Virus record (IMG/VR): IMGVR_UViG_3300033153_006492
Location: 14,720 to 78,719 of that record
Source of the DNA: a virus
Direction: 5' to 3' (one strand)
Length of the DNA stretch: 64,000 nucleotides
Shown: in pieces, positions 1-7,366 of the stretch
Position numbering within the stretch: the first letter of the stretch is position 1
Layout of the letters: every line of letters begins with the position of its first letter
Made by a program: the position numbers and the translations under genes
The notes under the pieces: model-generated
Told to the model about the DNA's origin: nothing
Seen by the model: only the letters and a program-made list of their open reading frames with translations
Database searches by the model: none

Positions 1-70
1 AATGACACAACAATTTTCTATTCGCTATCTGTGAATTATGAAGTTCTTAAAAAACAATAGGTTACGACTT

Positions 71-85
71 TGGTACGATATTTGT
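71..85 (+). promoter_or_regulatory. sigma54-type (-24/-12) promoter upstream of Hsp20
   Basis: TGGTAC-N5-TTGT, close to the consensus TGGCAC-N5-TTGC, 50 nt before the hsp20 ATG. Confidence 0.5.
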
Positions 86-134
86 AGTGTATTATAGTAA
101 TTAAATAATATTACTTACTATAAAGGAGAACACT

Positions 135-551
135 ATGAATCATTTACGCAAATATCGTAACAATCCATTTTTATCAACTACATTATTCGATGAAATGTTG
201 GGTGAATTATTTCAACCGCGCGTTTCATACGACGCAGCTAAAATTGATGTTAAGGAATATGATGATAAAGTTGAAGTTATTGCAGAAATTCCTGGGTTTA
301 CAAAAGAAGACGTTACACTCGAATATGAAAAAGGACATCTGACAATTACTGGCGAATTAAAAAAGGATGCTGCTGAAGAAACTGGTAAATTTTTACACAA
401 AGAAATTGGTAGCCGGTCATTCGCTCGCAAATTTAATCTTGGAGATTTATTTGATGTATCTAAAATTGATGCTACGTTCAATGATGGTATACTAAGTATT
501 ACATTACCAAAGAGTGAAGACGAAAAGTCTCGCAAAATTACCATCAAATAA
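135..551 (+). CDS. hsp20: small heat-shock protein (Hsp20/alpha-crystallin)
   Basis: AEIPG, FARKFNL and ATFNDGILSITLPK motifs; GGAG RBS. Confidence 0.95.
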   Translation: MNHLRKYRNNPFLSTTLFDEMLGELFQPRVSYDAAKIDVKEYDDKVEVIAEIPGFTKEDVTLEYEKGHLTITGELKKDAAEETGKFLHKEIGSRSFARKFNLGDLFDVSKIDATFNDGILSITLPKSEDEKSRKITIK

Positions 552-571
552 CAACTGTAGGAGAAGTACCA

Positions 572-787
572 ATGGACATTATTGATTTTCAAGATAAACG
601 ATGGCAAGTAAAACATAGAGTCCGAGACGAAGGAATAACGTCTGAGGGATTAGAATGGTTTAAGTGGTACAAAGGAGCCACAATGGTTTTGAAAAAAGAT
701 GGTGTCCTTCTTTTCGTTGACGAAATAGTTGACGCTGAATTTGAAGATTTTCCATATAAAAAAGATGAAAAAACACTTGACAATTAA
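572..787 (+). CDS. hypothetical protein
   Basis: ORF with AGGAG RBS. Confidence 0.7.
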   Translation: MDIIDFQDKRWQVKHRVRDEGITSEGLEWFKWYKGATMVLKKDGVLLFVDEIVDAEFEDFPYKKDEKTLDN

Positions 788-805
788 GTTTTTTATACTT
801 ATATT
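777..805 (+). promoter_or_regulatory. sigma70-type promoter
   Basis: TTGACA-N17-TATATT. Confidence 0.75.
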
Positions 806-829
806 CTGGGTACTAATAAGGAGAAACTT

Positions 830-1123
830 ATGAATGGTGTTATTGAAATTGTATTAGTTAATGTTAGAGCAATGATGGAAGTTACTAATCGTATTCGAAA
901 GGCAGAAGAATTTTTTGAAAAGGAAATGGCATTTATTGATGATATTGATGTGGATACATTTCATTCATATTCAGAAGAACTATTTCATATAAAAGAAGCT
1001 TTCAATGAGTGTGAAATAAAATATGAAAAAGGCGAAAATGTTTTTCTTGAAGTATTGTCGATATATCGTGCTTCTTTTGGGGTCGAACATTACATTCAGA
1101 GTATGAGTAAAGAAGATTATTAA
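830..1123 (+). CDS. hypothetical acidic protein
   Basis: ORF with AAGGAG RBS downstream of a promoter. Confidence 0.75.
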   Translation: MNGVIEIVLVNVRAMMEVTNRIRKAEEFFEKEMAFIDDIDVDTFHSYSEELFHIKEAFNECEIKYEKGENVFLEVLSIYRASFGVEHYIQSMSKEDY

Positions 1124-1130
1124 AATAAAT

Positions 1131-1158
1131 GGAACTTTATTGAAATTAAATCGTGTAA
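1131..1158 (+). promoter_or_regulatory. ECF-sigma-like promoter
   Basis: GGAACTT-N15-GTGTAA; motif recurs at 9743, 34128 and 53728. Confidence 0.5.
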
Positions 1159-1281
1159 TTAGGTATGTTTGAAAAAAATATATATACTTATACTTGTATA
1201 TATAAAATTTAAGAAGAATAATAAAAATTTAAAAGAAGGGAGATTGTCATGAATATGTGAAACTAAGAAGGAGAACATATC

Positions 1282-1443
1282 ATGGCAAAATCTCGAAGTG
1301 GATACAAACACCGTAAGCATGGTCGCGATAAAGTGAACTGTGAACGGTATCGTCGTGAAGGTCGTCGCGAAAAGAACAAAGCGCGTCGCCAAGCGAAACG
1401 TGAACGTCGTTTAGAAAAACGTCGTATACGCAGAGGTCTTTAA
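1282..1443 (+). CDS. 53-aa Arg/Lys-rich microprotein (not in ORF track)
   Basis: MAKSRSGYKHRKHGRDKVNCERYRREGRREKNKARRQAKRERRLEKRRIRRGL*; AAGGAG RBS; 25/53 residues are R or K. Confidence 0.8.
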   Translation: MAKSRSGYKHRKHGRDKVNCERYRREGRREKNKARRQAKRERRLEKRRIRRGL

Positions 1444-1447
1444 CAAC

Positions 1448-1677
1448 TTTTAGGGTCGGAGATGCAACGTTACCTCAGACGAAGCTGAAGAGAAGGTGAG
1501 TTTTCATACTTTACTCACTAACCATTCTATAAAACGAAGCCGAAAGGTTAGAATGGTCAGTATAAGTGTCTTGATAATAACAAACAAGTAAAAAGTCATT
1601 GATATAACAATGTAAATAAAAACGTGGAATAAACTACGGAATAAACAATTCTTCGTTGGTCATAATTTATCCTAAAG
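1448..1677 (+). ncRNA. Y-RNA-like RNA 1 (long)
   Basis: TTTTAGGGT(C bulge 1457)GGA pairs with TTTATCCTAAAG; CAACG pairs with CGTTG; GTTACCTC motif; upstream of Ro60. Confidence 0.75.
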
Positions 1678-1682
1678 CATTT

Positions 1683-1792
1683 TAAATGGGTCGCTGGTAC
1701 AGGGTTACCTCAATCGAAAACTGCGGCGTTCGCGCCGTAGGTGAAGCAGGACGTGATGCTCGTCAATCTCCTTGTCCACTTTTATCCGTTTA
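1683..1792 (+). ncRNA. Y-RNA-like RNA 2
   Basis: TAAATGGGT(C bulge 1692)G pairs with TATCCGTTTA; TGGTACAGGG pairs with CCTTGTCCA; same GGGTCG-N10-GTTACCTC as RNA 1; internal CTGCGGCG-TTCG-CGCCGTAG hairpin. Confidence 0.8.
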
Positions 1793-1809
1793 TATTTTTA
1801 ACATTACAT

Positions 1810-1883
1810 TGCGGGGTAGAGCAGTCTGGTAGCTTGCTTGGCTCATAACCAAGTGGTCGCTGGTTCAAATCCAGCCCCCGCAA
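1810..1883 (+). tRNA. tRNA-Met(CAT), initiator-like
   Basis: Full cloverleaf: TGCGGGG/CCCCGCA acceptor, CTTGG-CTCATAA-CCAAG, GCTGG-TTCAAAT-CCAGC; fMet-like D arm; CCA not encoded. Confidence 0.95.
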
Positions 1884-1915
1884 CTTTATAGGTCTTTCAC
1901 AATATAATAATACAA

Positions 1916-2239
1916 GTCCTCGTGGCCGAATAACACGTATAGGCGTGTAAGGCATTGTAGCCCCAGCTGAAAAGCTTGGGGAGCGAGTTACGAACTTGGT
2001 GCGGATAAGGTGGCGACGTTCTGGAAGTGAGATCAACTTTTGGGGTTGAAATAAACAGAAACGAGCGCACGATTGCAGAAATCCCCTAATACTTGGCATA
2101 TAGCTACTATCTGTGATTATGAAGGTACAATCAATCCTTCCACTATTTAAAGATAAATTTCGACGGAGATTTATTGGTGTGACTGAAAAATCCAAGTCCA
2201 GGCGTACGTTTGTGGGTAGATGCGAATCCCACCGAGGCA
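1916..2239 (+). ncRNA. unrecognised ~320-nt structured RNA with tRNA-like ends
   Basis: CCTCG(1918-22)/CGAGG(2233-37) acceptor-like stem; GTGGG/CCCAC T-like arm; GCC/GGC D-like stem; many internal stems; GC-richer than flanks; followed by a T run. Confidence 0.7.
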
Positions 2240-2268
2240 TTTTTTTATTAAAGTAACAAAACATTATT

Positions 2269-2330
2269 ATTGGGTCGTGAATGATGGTCATCGAGCATTC
2301 GTAAAAAACATCATTCAACATTTATCTGGT
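2269..2330 (+). ncRNA. Y-RNA-like RNA 3 (minimal, ~60 nt)
   Basis: ATTGGGT(C bulge)G pairs with TATCTGGT; TGAATGATG pairs with CATCATTCA; 3' TTTATC motif shared with RNAs 1 and 2. Confidence 0.65.
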
Positions 2331-2345
2331 TAATATTTTTAAGTG

Positions 2346-2377
2346 AACCCGCCAGATATTTCTGTGCGGGTTTTTTT
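2346..2377 (+). terminator. intrinsic terminator between the ncRNA cluster and the Ro60 gene
   Basis: AACCCGC-CAG..CTG-T-GCGGGTT followed by a T run. Confidence 0.75.
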
Positions 2378-2422
2378 GTTTATAAATTAGAGTCATTAAT
2401 TCTAAATCAGGAGGTACATATC

Positions 2423-4111
2423 ATGCAAAAGTATAACAAACATGTAAACACACAAAAGACTTCACAACAAGAAGCAATTTTAGGTCGTGAAAAAGAAATG
2501 GCAAAGAACTATGCTGGTGGTGTAGTTTTTAAATTAGACGATTGGAAGGTACTTGATAGGTTCTTAATTCTTGGAAGCGACAAACCTACTTACTATGCGT
2601 CTGCTCAAAAATTGACTAAAGAACATGCTAAGAATGTAATGGGATTAATTCAGGAAGATGCTAAGCGTGTCGTAGACCGTGTAGTTGAAATTTCATTAGC
2701 TGGTCGCGCACCAAACAACGATCCAGCATTATTCATTCTTGCGATGGTTGCAGGATTGGCTGACGACGAAGGAAAGAAATATGCACTTAGTGTTCTTTCT
2801 AAAGTAGCCCGTATTGGAACACACTTATTTCACTTTGCAGAATATGTACAAGGGTTTCGAGGTTGGGGTCGTGGATTAAGAAATGGAATTGCCAAATGGT
2901 ATCTTGAAAAGGATATTGATAAATTGGCTCTTCAAGTTGTAAAATATCAATCTCGCGATGGATGGTCTCACCGAGACATTCTTCGTAAGACTCACGTACA
3001 AGCCTTCAACGATGATATGAACAAAATTTTCGCTTGGGTTACACATGGAATTGGCGGCGAAATGAAAGTTAAGGGTGGAGAAACTGTAGAGACATTTCCA
3101 CATACTGTTAATGATGTAAAGGACATTAAATTGATCTATGCATTTGAAATGGCTAAGAAAGCAACGTCGGAAGATGAAATCGTTGCTTTGATTAAGGAAT
3201 ACAGATTGCCAAGAGAAGCTATTCCTACGAATTTCATGGGTAAGAAAGTTTACCGAGCTCTTTTACCAGGGATGCCTATGACTGCGTTAATTCGGAATTT
3301 AGGTAACCTGTCGAAGAATGGAATTCTTGTTGCTGGAAATTTTGACGACATTAATATGGTTGTTGAAAAAATTACTAACGAAGAAAACCTTAAAAAAGCA
3401 AGAGTTCATCCTATGCAATTGTTGATGGCAATGAAAACTTACGGAGCTGGACACGGAATGCGTGGGAAAGGTGAATGGAAAGTTGTACCACAGATCGTTG
3501 ATGCTTTGGATGAAGCATTCTACAAAGCATTCTCATTTATTGTACCATCTGGAAAACGAATTCTTATTGCGCTTGATATTTCCGGTTCAATGGGTATGGA
3601 TTACGGTGTGGCTGGTATTACTGGATTTACACCAAGAGAAGCATCTGCTGCTATGGCAATGGTAACGATGAAGGCAGAAAAGAATTGGGCAATTGTAGGA
3701 TTTTCTGGTGGATATGGTAATGGGAGTTGGAATAATAACCGTGATGAATTAATCACATTGGATTTATCACCGAACATGAGATTGAATGATGTTGTTAGAA
3801 AGGTAAGCAATTTACCATTTGGGTCTACTGATTGTGCATTACCTGCTGTTTGGGCGAAAAAAAATAAACTGGACTTTGATGCGATCTACATTTATACAGA
3901 CAGCGAAACTTGGGTTGGAAACATTCAACCGGTTCAAGCGATGAGAGATTATCGTAAAGCTGTTGGACATGATGTTAAACTTGTTGTGGTAGCAATGACC
4001 TCGACTGGATTCACAATTGCTGATCCAAAAGACGCCTCTATGCTTGACGTTGTAGGATTTGATAGTAATGCACCTGCAATAATGTCAAGCTTTGTAGACG
4101 ATAAATTATAA
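2423..4111 (+). CDS. rsr: Ro60/Rsr RNA-binding protein (TROVE + vWA)
   Basis: LDRFLILGS..TYY, RGWGRGLR, KYQSRDGWSHRD, MPMTALIRNL, ARVHP, MIDAS DISGSM, TDCALP, YTDSET, MLDVVGFD. Confidence 0.97.
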   Translation: MQKYNKHVNTQKTSQQEAILGREKEMAKNYAGGVVFKLDDWKVLDRFLILGSDKPTYYASAQKLTKEHAKNVMGLIQEDAKRVVDRVVEISLAGRAPNNDPALFILAMVAGLADDEGKKYALSVLSKVARIGTHLFHFAEYVQGFRGWGRGLRNGIAKWYLEKDIDKLALQVVKYQSRDGWSHRDILRKTHVQAFNDDMNKIFAWVTHGIGGEMKVKGGETVETFPHTVNDVKDIKLIYAFEMAKKATSEDEIVALIKEYRLPREAIPTNFMGKKVYRALLPGMPMTALIRNLGNLSKNGILVAGNFDDINMVVEKITNEENLKKARVHPMQLLMAMKTYGAGHGMRGKGEWKVVPQIVDALDEAFYKAFSFIVPSGKRILIALDISGSMGMDYGVAGITGFTPREASAAMAMVTMKAEKNWAIVGFSGGYGNGSWNNNRDELITLDLSPNMRLNDVVRKVSNLPFGSTDCALPAVWAKKNKLDFDAIYIYTDSETWVGNIQPVQAMRDYRKAVGHDVKLVVVAMTSTGFTIADPKDASMLDVVGFDSNAPAIMSSFVDDKL

Positions 4112-4167
4112 TACAGAACGCCGGGTGACTAAGGAGAGCCAGGAGAGTTGTGTACACAACCACATAC

Positions 4168-4195
4168 GCCGCCCCATTTTAGTGGGCGGCTTTTT
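4168..4195 (+). terminator. intrinsic terminator after rsr
   Basis: GCCGCCC..GGGCGGC plus TTTTT. Confidence 0.8.
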
Positions 4196-4220
4196 ATTCT
4201 AAAAAAATCTAAAAATAAAC

Positions 4221-4249
4221 TTGACTGTCGCTGCTAAATTTCGTATCTT
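4221..4249 (+). promoter_or_regulatory. sigma70-type promoter
   Basis: TTGACT-N17-TATCTT. Confidence 0.7.
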
Positions 4250-4282
4250 CTGTGATAGCCAAAAATTAATGGAGGATAAATT

Positions 4283-4570
4283 GTGTTGAAAGATGTACAT
4301 AGTCATTCGATTGATAATGCTAAAGAAATATTAGAAAGTGAATATTATGGCTGTTTTTCTTGTGTTGAAGTTCATACTGTTGATGAAGGTATGAAAGCAC
4401 AAGCCGAATATAGTTTATTGCATCCTGTGACGAATCCGAGTGGGTTAATAGAATCAACGGTATTTTGCCCGAAATGTATGATTGATTCAATCATAGGAGA
4501 CGCTACGGGGTATAAGATTACTCATGAACTTATGAGTGAGTTAGAAAAACATTGGTTTGGTGAAAAATAA
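4283..4570 (+). CDS. small Cys-rich (Zn-binding) hypothetical protein
   Basis: GCFSC and FCPKC pairs; GGAGG RBS. Confidence 0.75.
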   Translation: MLKDVHSHSIDNAKEILESEYYGCFSCVEVHTVDEGMKAQAEYSLLHPVTNPSGLIESTVFCPKCMIDSIIGDATGYKITHELMSELEKHWFGEK

Positions 4571-4572
4571 AG

Positions 4573-4601
4573 TTGATTAGTAAGGTCAAATTTCGTATAT
4601 T
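4573..4601 (+). promoter_or_regulatory. sigma70-type promoter
   Basis: TTGATT-N17-TATATT. Confidence 0.65.
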
Positions 4602-4631
4602 CTGTTATAATTAAAAAATAAAGGTTATGGA

Positions 4632-7325
4632 ATGGCTAAAAGTAAGAAACGTATTGAAGAAACTCGACGAGCTAAAGTTATGAAATGGAAGTCGAAATTT
4701 AAAGCAAAACGAGTAGATAAATCTATCCATGAAAATCAAATATTATATGATATGGCTGGAACTGATCATTGGGAAGATCATTTACAAGCCGGTCATACTC
4801 CCTGGTCTAAAGCTGGAGAATCTGTATTGAATGATAATAGATTGGTTGATAATCGAGCAAAAGAACATGATAGATCGGCTGCATCTATGCGACCTATGTT
4901 ACAAGATGGAGCACCAAGATGGTCATATTCATTAACGGACAAAACAGGATATGCAATGTATCAAATGGATAATCAGCACTGGATACCTTATATGGAAAAA
5001 CAAGGTTGGGTTGAGGTTACACGTAATGATAAAAATGTTGTTGAAACGGTTCAATTTAATGCAGCAATGTATAACGATGAAATAGTATTTTTTGAAAAAG
5101 ATCCGGATTATATTCCACCTGCTGATGATTCACCACACAAAAGAAGTTTGAAGTTGGCTGTATTTCCCGATGGTCATATGGAAGATCTTTCGGACAGAGA
5201 AAATTATGAAAAGATTTTATTTACTCCATTATTGACCTTTGCGATTGAAAGTCTTTTAAATGACAGTGAAGTACGACAAGAATATTTACAAGATAGAGGT
5301 TCAAATAGAGCCGCGAAAAGAAAATATTTTAGAGTAATGTTAAAATATTTTGGTCGTAATGGAATAAAATTAAATAAACAAAGAGTAAATGAGTTGTGTT
5401 TTCTTTTGGGTATGACGACAGGTACCGGAAAAACTGAACAATTTATTAATTATGCTATATGGGCTACCCGTCATTTTGGAATGCCGAATATCCATCTTAT
5501 AGTGTCTCCATGGCCGGATACTTTGAAGGAATTTCAAGGTCGGGTAAATAAATGGCAAGATTTTATAGATGAATCTGTTGAATACATTGATTCTAAAAAG
5601 TTTTCCAATAAAAGTAAAATTGAAATACTGAATTATGATAAGAACAAAATATATTTGATTGGTGTTTCGATGCAAGATATTAAAATGAAGATGGTTGATA
5701 AAAAGGGTGGAAAACAAATAGTTGAGATTAACGATGTAAATGAATTTGTAACTGAGGTTTTTGAGAAAAGATTTTCAAACTTAGCAGATTATAAATTTGG
5801 GTTGTTGGGGATTGATGAAGCCCACTTTGGGACTCGGACAACTCGCTGGCAAGAGGTTCAAACAAGAATTAATTATCAAGCGTCAGTTTTCATAACTGCT
5901 ACACCACATGATTATCTCGCTGATTCATATTTTCCAGATGAATTTCGGTTTTTATATTCTTATGAAGATATAATGGCAGCTAAAATAAATGGCGAAAAAT
6001 GGGCAGAAGTATTTCCTACAAGAGATCTTTATATGTTGAACATTGCTTCAGCAGTTTTAATGTATAGAGAACGTGGCTACTCATTACCAGAAGATTTTAA
6101 CTTTGAAAAGTTGTTCGATTATGATAAAAATAATGTTGACAATGGACATTATGGGTTTAAATACGGATCTGTGTTGGTTGAATTGTTTAAAGAAATGTTT
6201 AAAACTGGTGATGGTCAACTTACTATAACTGGATTAAATGGTTTGTGTGATTTTTCTAAAAATCATGGTATAATGTCTGTTCCAACAGGTGATAGTGACG
6301 CTGTGGTTCGCGCATTAAAGAATCTTTTAATAAGAGATATACATACAATATTTGGGAAAAATGCCGACGAATCGAAAAGAACTAAAATCTTCACGAAGGC
6401 TGATAATAAAATCAGTGAAATACAAGATTTTACTGATAAAAATGCCATTGGTGGAACATGGAAGAGTTTGACATTAACTTGTAATCGTTGGTTAACTGGT
6501 GTAGATGTTCCGGCGTGGGGATATTTGGTACTTCTTAGGTCTATTAAGGACATCAAATTACAAGAACAATCATTTGGTCGCGTGAATCGTCCAGTTTGTG
6601 AAAAGGGTATAATTATGAAGCCCAATTGTGCGATTTTTATTGCTGATCCTGAATATACCATTTCATTATCAACAAAAGCGTGGAGTGATTCAATGAAACA
6701 CGGGATTAGTATAGAAGCAATGGCGAGGGAAATGTATAGAACATATCCGGTATTTTATGGAGATGGTAATGGTTGGATAAAAGCCGATGAAGAATATGTA
6801 TTGAAACTTATCGTTGATAGTGATCCATGTGGAATACGAACATTGAGAAATTTACATAAGTTTGATTTGACAAATAGAGAAATACCTTCTGAAGAAGAAG
6901 AATTGATAAAATCTTTAACTTTAAAAGATAGCCAAAAATCAGTTTTCACAAAAAAGAAAAATAAAAATGGAACTGATAAAGCTAAGACTTTTGTTAATTT
7001 GGAAAGATTCCAAAAAGCTAATAAAAAGGAAAAAGATCCGAATAAAATGTACAAATTGTTGTTGAGGGAATTTATTATACGGATACCCGAATTACTTGAG
7101 CTAACTAATTGGAAAGTAAAATCAATTGGAGAGTTATTCAATTTAACTACGATTGAACAACATGGTATTGAAATGTCAATGGATGAAGCACTGGATTTTG
7201 ATAGAATGATAATGGTAAGAGCTATTGAGCACCGAATTGTGGATGTTTTTGAGTATGATAGATGGATTGAAATATATATCCAAACAATGAAAAAAGATGA
7301 ATTTTTTCGGAAATTACTTGAGTAA
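4632..7325 (+). CDS. SF2 (DEAH) helicase/translocase, restriction-enzyme R-subunit-like
   Basis: Motif I TTGTGKT, II IDEAH, III TAT, V TGVDVP, VI QSFGRVNR; adjacent to MTases. Confidence 0.85.
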   Translation: MAKSKKRIEETRRAKVMKWKSKFKAKRVDKSIHENQILYDMAGTDHWEDHLQAGHTPWSKAGESVLNDNRLVDNRAKEHDRSAASMRPMLQDGAPRWSYSLTDKTGYAMYQMDNQHWIPYMEKQGWVEVTRNDKNVVETVQFNAAMYNDEIVFFEKDPDYIPPADDSPHKRSLKLAVFPDGHMEDLSDRENYEKILFTPLLTFAIESLLNDSEVRQEYLQDRGSNRAAKRKYFRVMLKYFGRNGIKLNKQRVNELCFLLGMTTGTGKTEQFINYAIWATRHFGMPNIHLIVSPWPDTLKEFQGRVNKWQDFIDESVEYIDSKKFSNKSKIEILNYDKNKIYLIGVSMQDIKMKMVDKKGGKQIVEINDVNEFVTEVFEKRFSNLADYKFGLLGIDEAHFGTRTTRWQEVQTRINYQASVFITATPHDYLADSYFPDEFRFLYSYEDIMAAKINGEKWAEVFPTRDLYMLNIASAVLMYRERGYSLPEDFNFEKLFDYDKNNVDNGHYGFKYGSVLVELFKEMFKTGDGQLTITGLNGLCDFSKNHGIMSVPTGDSDAVVRALKNLLIRDIHTIFGKNADESKRTKIFTKADNKISEIQDFTDKNAIGGTWKSLTLTCNRWLTGVDVPAWGYLVLLRSIKDIKLQEQSFGRVNRPVCEKGIIMKPNCAIFIADPEYTISLSTKAWSDSMKHGISIEAMAREMYRTYPVFYGDGNGWIKADEEYVLKLIVDSDPCGIRTLRNLHKFDLTNREIPSEEEELIKSLTLKDSQKSVFTKKKNKNGTDKAKTFVNLERFQKANKKEKDPNKMYKLLLREFIIRIPELLELTNWKVKSIGELFNLTTIEQHGIEMSMDEALDFDRMIMVRAIEHRIVDVFEYDRWIEIYIQTMKKDEFFRKLLE

Positions 7326-7366
7326 TACGAAAATTTTGTATATTATAGTATAAAAAAGGAATATTT

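Noticed and set aside
1159-1392. 77-aa minus-strand ORF
   Set aside because: Shadow of the + strand Arg-rich ORF, which has a strong RBS
1485-1546. Hammerhead ribozyme (CTGAAGA ... CGAAA)
   Set aside because: Stem II cannot form beyond one pair, and the GAAA is better explained as a tetraloop
1916-2239. tRNA with a canonical group I intron, RNase P RNA, or a second tmRNA
   Set aside because: GACTG..AGTC leaves no room for P8 and no clean exon junction rebuilds an anticodon arm; no GAGGAAAGTCC; no G3-U70 or tag frame
1782-2321. 179-aa minus-strand ORF
   Set aside because: Antisense to the tRNA and structured RNAs; no protein-like features; an artefact of locally higher GC
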